Source: Nitrosopumilus sp. (lineage in GTDB: Archaea; Thermoproteota; Nitrososphaeria; Nitrososphaerales; Nitrosopumilaceae). From it: a DNA stretch of 64,000 nucleotides. The stretch is from positions 768,001 through 832,000 of the forward strand of contig OZ243974.1 in assembly GCA_965214775.1 (NCBI GenBank). Direction: 5' to 3'. The notes beneath the pieces are model-generated. The model saw nothing but the letters and a program-made list of their open reading frames with translations, was not told the origin of the DNA and did no database searches. This document shows, piece after piece, positions 42,303-51,139 of the stretch (position 1 is its first letter; each line of letters starts with the position of its first letter). The translations under genes and the position numbers were made by a program.

Positions 42303-42632
42303 TCAGAACAACAGATTCGTCCTTTGCTTTGAGATGTATTCTATGCGAACCCCGTCCATCTCACTGTATTTTTTCTCGACCTCGTCTAACAGCGTCGAGT
42401 GATCCTTGTTGCTGGCGCAGATCTTCTCGTCACAGACAGCTACGTACATGCCGCCATGGTCCTTTCTTAGCGCCTCCCGGTTATCTGCAATCCAGTTTGC
42501 ATTGGCAGTGAATTTGTGAAGGCCTGACATCATCTTGTCATAGTCTCTGACAAGCAATTCGGCCGTCCTTTTGGTAAGCGGATCTGACGGAGAACAGCCA
42601 ACAAAGGTAATGTCGGACTCACGGATTGGCAT
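42303..42632 (-). CDS. DUF5678-like protein
   Basis: WIADNREALRKDHGGMYVAVCDEKICASNKD..IEYI pattern. Confidence 0.7.
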   Translation of the reverse strand: MPIRESDITFVGCSPSDPLTKRTAELLVRDYDKMMSGLHKFTANANWIADNREALRKDHGGMYVAVCDEKICASNKDHSTLLDEVEKKYSEMDGVRIEYISKQRTNLLF

Positions 42633-42694
42633 TAGATAACACCTACCTGTACTTGGATATCGTCATATAAAAACCACATAACCAAGATAGTCGT

Positions 42695-43746
42695 TGTCTT
42701 ATATGGAAATTAGGTTCGCCTAAGATTTTGAGAAAAGCCAAGGAATACTTTACCCTTTACCGATCAAGAAAAAAGATGAAAAGACAGTACTTACAGAACG
42801 ACAGATAAGATACGCCACAAGACAGCGTAAGAAGGGCAGGACGCTCAAGGTAATAGCATCAGAGCTGGAGGTGACGCCACAGTACGTGGGCAGGCTTTGT
42901 GCCGAGTTCGAAAGAACCGGCGTAATACACGTGCAAAAGAGTCCCGGCAGGCCAGCATCGCCGCCGCCCTCAAGCGACGAGGTCCAGACTGTGCTTCGCC
43001 TGTACGCCGAGCAGGACATCGGTGTGGTTCGCACGGCTAAGCGTGCAAGGGAGCAACTGAATATAAGCTACGACTCTGTATACAGGATAATGAGTGAGAA
43101 CAAGCTGGTATCAAAGTCTGCTACAAGATCCGGACAGCGCAAGTGGCTGCGCTATGAACGCAAGTACTCCAACGCAATGTGGCACGTGGACTGGCACGAT
43201 ATGAAGGATCCGCGCCTGAGAGGGCTCAAATTAGTCACGTTTTTGGACGATTCATCCCGGTGTATCATGGCGGCACGGACGTTTGCCGAGGCCACATCAG
43301 AAAACGTGGTGATAACCCTCAGGGATGCCATAGACAGATTTGGCACGCCGGCTACCATACTGTCTGACAACGGCAGGTGTTTCAACGGCGGCCGTAGCAA
43401 GAAGAACATGCCACGCGAAACGTGGAAGCCGACTGCATTTGAGGCCGAGCTGCTGGACCGGGGCATCGGGCTGATAAACTCCAGGCCGTACCATCCGGAG
43501 ACCAACGGCAAGTTGGAACGGTTCCACGGCAGCATAGAGGCTGAGATCCGCCACTATGAGAGCTTGGATGCATACATCAAGTATTACAACGAGCGCAGGC
43601 TACACTTTGGGCTGGACATAGCCCACCGCCAGACACCCATCATGGCGTTCTCGGACAAAACTGCCACAGAAGCGATCAGGAAATCCGACCCAAAATGGAT
43701 GGAGAGGGACATCAATGAATAGCGGACATTATTTCCATATAACACA
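42695..43746 (+). mobile_element. IS481-family element
   Basis: TIR TGTCTTATATGGAAAT / ATTTCCATATAACACA. Confidence 0.85.
42871..43722 (+). CDS. IS481-family transposase (frame open from 42724, canonical start unclear)
   Basis: WHVDWHD, DDSSR, SDNG, PYHPETNGKLER, YNERRLH. Confidence 0.88.
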   Translation: MTPQYVGRLCAEFERTGVIHVQKSPGRPASPPPSSDEVQTVLRLYAEQDIGVVRTAKRAREQLNISYDSVYRIMSENKLVSKSATRSGQRKWLRYERKYSNAMWHVDWHDMKDPRLRGLKLVTFLDDSSRCIMAARTFAEATSENVVITLRDAIDRFGTPATILSDNGRCFNGGRSKKNMPRETWKPTAFEAELLDRGIGLINSRPYHPETNGKLERFHGSIEAEIRHYESLDAYIKYYNERRLHFGLDIAHRQTPIMAFSDKTATEAIRKSDPKWMERDINE

Positions 43747-43819
43747 CCAGCCAGACGGGCCTGTAGCTGCACGGTACGCGGACTCTGCCACATTCATACG
43801 CGTCATCTGATGCTATTTA

Positions 43820-43898
43820 TAGCAACGAGCAGAAATAATTGAGGTTTTTTACGTGTAGTTATGGCCTACTTTGACTCAAAGACTTCTGCCCGTTGCTA
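43820..43898. mobile_element. 79-bp IS630-type MITE (family D)
   Basis: One mismatch to 28934-29012; TA on both sides. Confidence 0.9.
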
Positions 43899-44176
43899 TA
43901 CTTTGCATGCACGGTAGACTTTCAATCGGAATGTTTCGATCCGGTCGATTACGCATAAGGTCTTCTGCCTTTCTATGTACCGGAGCGATTTTTCCTCCAG
44001 TCTTTTCTTCACGTTTTTTGATCGGTGCAGCCTGAAATAATCCTTCAAAGCACGCCTGATCTTGGGCCGAACTAATTTTCGTATGATAGAGTGCCCAAGA
44101 TTACACAGAACCTTTCCCATCGCCAGAAAACTCTTGAAATTCCTTCAACTTTTTATTCTCAGCCCGGCATGATGCA

Positions 44177-45229
44177 TTGATGAGTAAAACAGAAAACCTT
44201 CTTGAAAAAATTCAAGTTCTCATTACAGATAACAAATTCAGACAGGCAATCACGGCTTGTGATCACATCTTAAAGACAAACAAAAAAAATTTTCAAGCAA
44301 ATTTTAACAAGGCGAATCTTTTGGCAGAGATTGGGTTCCACAAAAAATCATTATCGTATTACAACAAAGCGTTAAAGATAATCCCGGATGAACCTTTAGC
44401 CTTGTTCAACCTTGGTACAACTTTGTATGATTTGGACAGGTATGATGAAGCTATACGCATGTTTGACAAAGTGATAAAAATTCAACCAAAAAACGTTGAT
44501 GCGATATGCAACAAGGCAAATACGTTTGTGGCTCTTGGAAAACATAAACAGGCAATGTCAAACTATGATAAGGCCTTGAAAATATCCCCGGATGACATTG
44601 TAATTCTTAACAACAAGGGAATTGTTTTTGCTGGAAAGTCAAAGCACGAAGAGGCAATAAAATGCTTTGATGCGGCGCTGAAAATAAATCCGGATGACAT
44701 GTATTCCTTGTGCAACAAAGGAAATTCTTTGGCAGAACTGGAGGATTTTGGCGAAGCTGCAATATGTTTTGAGTCAGCCTTGGAGATCAACCCTACGGAT
44801 TATGACGTATATTTCAGGTTGGGAGTTGCCTATGCAAATACCAATCGGCCAAAAGAGGCAATTCTCTGCTTTAACAGGGTTCTAAAAAAAGATCCTTCCC
44901 ATACTGATGCGTTGATAAACAAGGGAATTGCCTACATTGCATTAGAAAAGTACAAACATTCTGTTCAGTCTTTTGAGAAAGCACTTGCAATTGACAAGCA
45001 GAATACAGATGCCATGTATCATAAGGCACAATGCCTAGCAGAGATTGGCAGGCATGCTCAAGCAGTTTCCCTGCTTTGCAAGATTGCTGCAAAAAAAGAA
45101 AAAACCCATGATCACCATAATCATGAGCATGAACGTTTGTCTCTAAAAGAAAAAATTCTCAAGGATGCCCATTTTGCAAAGGTGAAAAAAGAAGAAAGCT
45201 ATTCATCCCTTATACAGAATCTTCATTAG
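44177..45229 (+). CDS. Tetratricopeptide repeat protein
   Basis: About eight NKG..L..A...F..AL.I.P repeats; short His-rich patch near C-terminus. Confidence 0.9.
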   Translation: MMSKTENLLEKIQVLITDNKFRQAITACDHILKTNKKNFQANFNKANLLAEIGFHKKSLSYYNKALKIIPDEPLALFNLGTTLYDLDRYDEAIRMFDKVIKIQPKNVDAICNKANTFVALGKHKQAMSNYDKALKISPDDIVILNNKGIVFAGKSKHEEAIKCFDAALKINPDDMYSLCNKGNSLAELEDFGEAAICFESALEINPTDYDVYFRLGVAYANTNRPKEAILCFNRVLKKDPSHTDALINKGIAYIALEKYKHSVQSFEKALAIDKQNTDAMYHKAQCLAEIGRHAQAVSLLCKIAAKKEKTHDHHNHEHERLSLKEKILKDAHFAKVKKEESYSSLIQNLH

Positions 45230-45668
45230 TTGAAATTTGGTTTGGGCTAGACGGAATGCGTTTTCCATTTGGGGATATTTTCGGATCTCCAAGAATTGAA
45301 GAAAGCGAATTTGTAAATTCGTCACTCATATGATGTTCCATGCCACAGACAATTTTGTCATCCGGTTTGATCTTTAGATGATTTACCATCAATACTTCTA
45401 GCAATCTGCTTTTTCTTACAATGCCTGCCCCAATTTCTTTTCCTTGGTCTGTCAGCTGAATATCCAGTTTGGTGTACTTTGCAAATCCCATTTCCTCAAG
45501 TTTTTTCATCATCTGCACCACGCTTGGCTGCCTGATTCTTAGCATGTTGGCAATTGTGCTTATTCTGATCGGTTTGTTGTTTTCATTTGTCAGCCACATT
45601 GCCTTTAGATACATTTCAACGTGCTCTTTTGGGGCGGTTCCCACATAGAGTTTTTCCTCAGTTGTCAT
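45210..45668 (-). CDS. DtxR/MntR-family metal-dependent regulator
   Basis: EMYLKAM, PSVVQMMKKL, RLLE, CGMEHHMS, SPNGKRIP. Confidence 0.9.
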   Translation of the reverse strand: MTTEEKLYVGTAPKEHVEMYLKAMWLTNENNKPIRISTIANMLRIRQPSVVQMMKKLEEMGFAKYTKLDIQLTDQGKEIGAGIVRKSRLLEVLMVNHLKIKPDDKIVCGMEHHMSDEFTNSLSSILGDPKISPNGKRIPSSPNQISTNEDSV

Positions 45669-45915
45669 CTTTGCAGTCCGTTGCCTCCTCGTTAATCTTT
45701 AGAATATAGGTAGACCTGACATTTTTAATCTTTCGAATCTTCCACGTAATTGTCTCATTAAGCTCCTCTAGCGTTGATGCCTCTACTTTAACAAGAACGT
45801 CATATGGCCCGGTAATGCATTGTGTCTCCGTGACCTGGGAAATTTCTTTGAGATGTGAGATTACATCTTTTTCATTGTTTTCGGTGCAGTTTAACAATAC
45901 AAATGCTGCTGGCAA
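45658..45915 (-). CDS. Lrp/AsnC ligand-binding (RAM) domain protein
   Basis: AFVLLN, ITGPYDVLVKVEA, KIRKIKNVRST. Confidence 0.88.
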   Translation of the reverse strand: MPAAFVLLNCTENNEKDVISHLKEISQVTETQCITGPYDVLVKVEASTLEELNETITWKIRKIKNVRSTYILKINEEATDCKDDN

Positions 45916-46070
45916 TTTTTTCCTCCGTCAGTTTTTGACATTGTTTTTGCTTTGTTAGAACTCACTCTTGCGACTGTTTTTTGCGCATCTGCCAATGTAA
46001 CAGGCTCGGATTTGATCATGTTGAATATTTTTTTGACACTATGATCATATGCAATCCATATTTCTTTCAT
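45891..46070 (-). CDS. 59-aa paralog of the Cys-free DUF5679-like protein (not in ORF track)
   Basis: MKEIWIAYDHSVKKIFNMIKSEPVTLADAQK.. aligns with MTKEWVAYDVKARKKVKMVDPRLVTLKNGK; overlaps the Lrp start. Confidence 0.55.
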   Translation of the reverse strand: MKEIWIAYDHSVKKIFNMIKSEPVTLADAQKTVARVSSNKAKTMSKTDGGKNCQQHLYC

Positions 46071-46260
46071 GCCAATACTGGGTTTTGAGTATATTAATTA
46101 TTTTTCTTATTGTATTAAATATTGATAAAATCAGCATAATTTTTAATAACTAGTGAGTAATATTTCAGGTAGAAACCGAAATGACTGCCATTCCTACGCA
46201 TTGCCAACCACATGCATTTTACACGACAAGAATTTCAGTTTTTAACATGCCGGTGAAACA

Positions 46261-46458
46261 ATGAAATTAACCAAGCAAGAAGATCAAGACGAGAAAAATG
46301 TCAATGAGATCAGAATTGAGATAAACGATTCATCTTCAACCCATAACAACAATTTTGCCATTACTCTAAGATCAAAAAAAGTGGATGTAGACAAGTTACT
46401 CCCCATGGCAAAAGAATGGGTAATGGAACACAAACAGAAAACCTGGCTTGAAAAATAA
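46261..46458 (+). CDS. Small hypothetical protein
   Basis: 65-aa ORF, ATGA-coupled to a 27-codon uORF at 46181-46264. Confidence 0.55.
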   Translation: MKLTKQEDQDEKNVNEIRIEINDSSSTHNNNFAITLRSKKVDVDKLLPMAKEWVMEHKQKTWLEK

Positions 46459-46597
46459 TCTCTCAGTTATCCTGCCTTTCAAGTCCAAGGATAAACGCCA
46501 AAAAAATTCAAACCGGGTTAAAAAACTGCATGTACAATGATTTTTGAATGTAAAAAAGAATGATTGATGGTTTCTTCTCTTTTGTAAGAGATTGATC

Positions 46598-46786
46598 TTA
46601 TTGAGACTTGAAAATTTTTGCATCTTCAGGACCGATGATCCTAAAGAGCGAAATTCCAGTCTCTGCACTTGTACCCTTGAGAGCCATTTTGCCATTCTTC
46701 AGGGTCACAAGTCTAGGATCTACCATCTTGACTTTCTTTCTTGCTTTTACATCATAAGCAACCCATTCTTTAGTCATACTTTTCAT
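46598..46786 (-). CDS. DUF5679-like small basic protein lacking the four zinc-ribbon cysteines
   Basis: AYDVKARKK..M..P..VTLKNGK.ALKGTSAETG..LFRI versus recalled consensus AYCxKCxxK..M..P..VTxKNGR.AxKGxCxxCG..MFRI. Confidence 0.7.
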   Translation of the reverse strand: MKSMTKEWVAYDVKARKKVKMVDPRLVTLKNGKMALKGTSAETGISLFRIIGPEDAKIFKSQ

Positions 46787-46976
46787 TCGTGTATGTGTAT
46801 ATTAAAACAATGCATAATTAATATTAACAATTATTAAAATTAAAATAGTTCTTAATAAAATATAAATACTCCGTGTACCGTAAAAGAACATAATGCCATG
46901 CTTCAACCACATGCAGCCCTGACATACAGATGCTCATTTTTCGCATGGCATTATCTAACAATTTGGATGTAACAAA

Positions 46977-47387
46977 ATGGATGAAAAATCAAGATATCAC
47001 GTATATAAACTAGAACGAGAAAAGGATCTCTTTTGCAGTGTTCTAAACGTCAGTGGGACAGGCAGCGCAAATATTTATCAAATTGAAGATTCTGATTATT
47101 TCTATTCGGCATATTACTTTTCTGATGGCCATCTTACTGATATTAATCTCTATTATGTCAGAAGCAAGATATTACAAGACACGATTACTCGTAAAGGCAA
47201 TGTTATAAAATTTGAACCGGGTACCGGAGAATGGAATTCTCATCAGGGCGAACTAAAAGACATCTATTGCTGGCTGTTTGTTCTTAGAATCATCTCTTCA
47301 TCATCTAAAGAGATTAAGGAAATTTACAAGCTTGAGGAAGAATATGAAAGAAAGTACGGAATTAGACAGTTGGCCTTGACAGAATAG
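46977..47387 (+). CDS. Hypothetical protein
   Basis: 136-aa ORF downstream of TATAAATA (46861-46868) and a structured leader. Confidence 0.65.
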   Translation: MDEKSRYHVYKLEREKDLFCSVLNVSGTGSANIYQIEDSDYFYSAYYFSDGHLTDINLYYVRSKILQDTITRKGNVIKFEPGTGEWNSHQGELKDIYCWLFVLRIISSSSKEIKEIYKLEEEYERKYGIRQLALTE

Positions 47388-47389
47388 GA

Positions 47390-47614
47390 GTGAAAGTCAT
47401 GTCCCCAGACAGGAAAACAATATACTTTGATCATAAAGGAGATTTTGAGATTTTGGCTGATGACGAAACTTTCCAGGTAGACATGCAATCAATTCAAAAA
47501 ATAGTGTTTACAGATCACAAAAACAAGATACGATACTTGTTCTCAAAGTTTAGAACCGAGATGATAGACGATGATCTAATTCAAATTGACAGCACCGGTT
47601 TACAAAGCAACTAG
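47390..47614 (+). CDS. Hypothetical protein
   Basis: 74 aa, starts 2 nt after previous stop. Confidence 0.55.
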   Translation: MKVMSPDRKTIYFDHKGDFEILADDETFQVDMQSIQKIVFTDHKNKIRYLFSKFRTEMIDDDLIQIDSTGLQSN

Positions 47615-47983
47615 TTTTACCGTATCCATTTTTTTATCAGTAAGAAATCCTTGTGTAATTGCTTGGATCTTTTTTGAATCTCCATCCAAGAAAAACATCT
47701 CCATGCATCTTTCTCCATCAATTTTGTTGTGAAGATGTGTTTTAATCAGATCCTCATAATCATGCTTTATTCCTGCAACTTGATCATCGTGCTCATCTGC
47801 ATGGACCACAATCAACACTGCATTCTGCTTTCCTTTCAATTCTCTTTTTTGTTTCTCCTCTTGTACAAAAGTTCTGATTCCGGCGCGAATAATTTCAGAT
47901 CTCCCGGTGAATCCCATGGAACCCTGCAGTTTGTCAAGTTCCTTTAAAATCCCATCATTAAGAGAGATTGAAACGATTGCCAA
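47600..47983 (-). CDS. NikR-family regulator (RHH + NikR_C)
   Basis: IVSISL..RSEIIRAGIR RHH; THLH..RCME metal site. Confidence 0.88.
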   Translation of the reverse strand: MAIVSISLNDGILKELDKLQGSMGFTGRSEIIRAGIRTFVQEEKQKRELKGKQNAVLIVVHADEHDDQVAGIKHDYEDLIKTHLHNKIDGERCMEMFFLDGDSKKIQAITQGFLTDKKMDTVKLVAL

Positions 47984-48141
47984 TGGCTGGAATGTTATTA
48001 ATTGTTATTTAAACCTAATATCATTTCTTAATAATTTTAACAAAAACCAAGCCTATTGGATTATTAACATAAAAATTCGCTCTTTCAGTTTTTTATTAAG
48101 TTTATATTATATTATTAATAACCATCCCACAACGTGATAAA

Positions 48142-49446
48142 ATGAAAAGCTTGTCAATTGCTGCCATAGGTGTTGGAATCGCCGCAGCTATAGCTGTTGC
48201 AATTGCAGTGACAATGTCAGGAGTTTCTGACAGTCCAGAACTTTCTGAAAACTACATGGGCAAGACAAATGAAGCTGACATGTCTTTGCAGGAAAGCAAG
48301 ATACGGGTTCTGGCCTCTTTTTATCCATATTATGAATTTACAAAAAATGTAGCAGGTGATTCTGCAACAGTTGTTCAGTACATGCCATCCGGAGTAGGAG
48401 CACATGATTGGGAACCAAGACCCCAAGAGATTCAGGCGTTGAAAGATGCGGATGTTTTTGTGTATAATGGATTAGGAATGGAGCCTTATATCGATAACAT
48501 GATTGATTCAGGCGAGTTTGACAATGTTTTGTTTGTTAAAGCCTCTGAAGGAGTTGAACTGATAAAACCTGAGGACGGACATGATGAGCACGCAGAAGAA
48601 GAGGCACATGATGAGCACGCAGAAAACTTTGCAAGAGAGATAGAGCACGTAATAGAAGAATTTGAACACGGTCACATTGATGCAGTCCAGGCACTTGGCG
48701 AGATAGAAGAGATTCTGCACGAGCATGAAGGAGACGGGCATGATCATGGAAATGAAACTATTGAGAGAATTGAGTCAGTAATGCATGAAATTGAGGACGG
48801 ACATATGAGTGCAGAAGAAGGACTAGAGAAAATCCACCATGTTGTTTTAGAAATCAAGGAGGACGGACATGATGAGCACGCAGAAGAAGATGAACACGGA
48901 CATCATCATCACGACTTTGAGTTTGACCCGCACATCTGGTTGGATCCAGTTTTGGTAAAGCAACAAGTAAACAATATTCGAGATGCACTAATTGAGGCAG
49001 ATCCACAAAACACAGAACAGTACAAACAAAATGCCATGGCATACAATGAAGAACTAGACCAATTAGACATGAACATAAAGTCGTCCTTGGCATCATGCAA
49101 GAAAGACACCTTTGTTCCATATCATAATGCATTCACATATCTTGCCGAAAGATATGACCTCAAAGTTATGGCTCTTGGCGGATTAGCTCCGGATTCAGAG
49201 GCAACTGCTGCAGAGATTTCAGAATTTATCGACTTTGTAAGGGAAAATGACGTAAAGGTAATTTTTAATGAAGAACTAATTGATCAAAGACTAGCAGAGG
49301 TCATTGCAGAAGAATCGGGCGCAACAGTAATGCTGTTTAGCCCATTAGAGGTGCTAGCACCTGAAGAATTAGGGAAAAACATATCATACATCGACAAGAT
49401 GGAACAAAATATGGATTCCCTGAAGGTGGCCCTTGAGTGTCAATGA
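48142..49446 (+). CDS. znuA: Zn/Mn ABC transporter solute-binding protein with long His/Glu insert
   Basis: AHDWEP, DPHIWLDP, HNAFTYLAERY; repeated EDGHDEHAEE units. Confidence 0.88.
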   Translation: MKSLSIAAIGVGIAAAIAVAIAVTMSGVSDSPELSENYMGKTNEADMSLQESKIRVLASFYPYYEFTKNVAGDSATVVQYMPSGVGAHDWEPRPQEIQALKDADVFVYNGLGMEPYIDNMIDSGEFDNVLFVKASEGVELIKPEDGHDEHAEEEAHDEHAENFAREIEHVIEEFEHGHIDAVQALGEIEEILHEHEGDGHDHGNETIERIESVMHEIEDGHMSAEEGLEKIHHVVLEIKEDGHDEHAEEDEHGHHHHDFEFDPHIWLDPVLVKQQVNNIRDALIEADPQNTEQYKQNAMAYNEELDQLDMNIKSSLASCKKDTFVPYHNAFTYLAERYDLKVMALGGLAPDSEATAAEISEFIDFVRENDVKVIFNEELIDQRLAEVIAEESGATVMLFSPLEVLAPEELGKNISYIDKMEQNMDSLKVALECQ

Positions 49447-50243
49447 CAAGTGTGCTAGAAGTTGACGATCTTGTCATAGGCTACGATGATCACATAGCAG
49501 TAGACAAAGTCAGCTTTGATGTCCAAGAAGGGGACATACTTGGCATTGTGGGTCCTAACGGCGCAGGCAAAACAACACTGTTTCGAGCAATTTTGGGATT
49601 GCAGAAATATTCTGGAAAGATCAAGATGTTTGGGTTGGAAGATTCAAAGTATCATTCACTGCTACATATGATCGGATATGTGCCACAAAAGGTAATTTTT
49701 GAGCCAAACTTTCCTGCAACGGTTTATGATGTTGTGTCAATGGGCATCATATCTAAGAAAAAACTTGTCAGGGGGGCAAAGTTTGTCCAGCAGTGTGGCT
49801 GCTGTTGGAATCAAATTTACAGCAATCTTGGAGACAACAACAAGGTCATGACAGCGCTAAAAACCGTAGGTCTTGAATCTCTAAAAAACAGAAGAATTGG
49901 GGAACTCTCAGGCGGCGAATTACAACGCGTCTTTATTGCAAAGTGCCTTGTCAAGGATCCGTTGTTGCTAATTCTAGACGAGCCCGTAGCAAGCGTGGAC
50001 GTTGAATCACAAAGTAAATTCTATGATCTAATAAAGAAAATCAACCAAGAAAACCAAATCACAGTCGTTTGGTCATCACATGACTTGGATGCGATATCAA
50101 AGTATGCAAGCAGAGTCGCATGCATGAATAAAAAACTGTTTTTCCATGGGGAGAAAGAGGAATTCTTTTCAAACAAGGATCTTCTAAAAACATATACCGA
50201 GTCATCAATGCAAATGCACATGCGTCATCATGGTTACCATTAG
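49437..50243 (+). CDS. znuC: Metal ABC transporter ATP-binding protein
   Basis: GPNGAGKT, GYVPQK, LSGGELQR, LDEP, SHD. Confidence 0.88.
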   Translation: MSMTSVLEVDDLVIGYDDHIAVDKVSFDVQEGDILGIVGPNGAGKTTLFRAILGLQKYSGKIKMFGLEDSKYHSLLHMIGYVPQKVIFEPNFPATVYDVVSMGIISKKKLVRGAKFVQQCGCCWNQIYSNLGDNNKVMTALKTVGLESLKNRRIGELSGGELQRVFIAKCLVKDPLLLILDEPVASVDVESQSKFYDLIKKINQENQITVVWSSHDLDAISKYASRVACMNKKLFFHGEKEEFFSNKDLLKTYTESSMQMHMRHHGYH

Positions 50244-50260
50244 CAAATCAGGCAGAAAAG

Positions 50261-51115
50261 ATGGTCCTTGAAGCCCTGTCTTATGGATTTGTTCAGAAGG
50301 CACTAATTTCGGGCATTGCTGTTGCGCTAATCTGCTCTTTTATGGGAACGTTTCTTGTATTGAGGCGCTACGCTTTATTTGGGGACGGAATTGCCCATGT
50401 GGCCTTTGGCGGCGTGTCAGTGGGATTGTTCCTGGGGGTGTTTCCAATTTGGACTGCATACATGGTTTCAATATTGGGAGGAATAGGACTGCAAAAACTC
50501 CGACAAAGTACAAAGATTTCGGGAGATGCTGCCGTAGCTGTCGTACTGGTTACCGGATTGTCTTTGGGCGTCATCCTGGTAAGCTCGTCAGGAGGCTTTT
50601 CAGTGGATTTGTTCAGTTTCTTGTTTGGAAGTATCCTGTTGATCAGCAACGAGGATACAGTCATAATTCTAACGATCAGCACGGGAATCATCGCAACGCT
50701 TGTTGCATTACGAAAACAATTCCTGCAAATTACGTTTAATGAAGAACAGGCAAGAATCTCAGGATTGCATGTTACATTGCTAAACTACGCATTCGTAGTA
50801 CTGGCAGCCGTAACGGTAGTAACATCTATGAGACTGGTTGGAATCTTGTTGATATCAGCATTAGTTGTAATTCCCAACATCAGTGCAATGATGTTTGGCA
50901 AAGGATTCAAGCAGACAGTCGGAATATCGATGTCAATTTCAGTCATCTCAGTAGTAGCCGGAATACTTTTGTCATATTATTACAATCTTGCGCCATCCGG
51001 AATCATTGTCATGGTTGCAGTTGCAATTTTGGTAGGAATTGTCCTAGCCAGATCTGCTGGCTTGATTTCGAAAATAAGTACAAGGAAAAAATCCGAAACC
51101 ACGCACAGCGTCTAA
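50261..51115 (+). CDS. znuB: Metal ABC transporter permease (ABC-3)
   Basis: VLRRYALFGDGIAHVAFGG, FLFGSIL, VGILLISAL. Confidence 0.88.
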   Translation: MVLEALSYGFVQKALISGIAVALICSFMGTFLVLRRYALFGDGIAHVAFGGVSVGLFLGVFPIWTAYMVSILGGIGLQKLRQSTKISGDAAVAVVLVTGLSLGVILVSSSGGFSVDLFSFLFGSILLISNEDTVIILTISTGIIATLVALRKQFLQITFNEEQARISGLHVTLLNYAFVVLAAVTVVTSMRLVGILLISALVVIPNISAMMFGKGFKQTVGISMSISVISVVAGILLSYYYNLAPSGIIVMVAVAILVGIVLARSAGLISKISTRKKSETTHSV

Positions 51116-51139
51116 ACAAGCCCACGCTTGAAATATGAT

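Noticed and set aside
46090-48121. Shared TATTAA-Nx-TTAATA operator in the three AT-rich spacers
   Set aside because: Spacer lengths vary (about 12-17) and such hexamers are expected by chance in very AT-rich DNA; needs comparative footprinting
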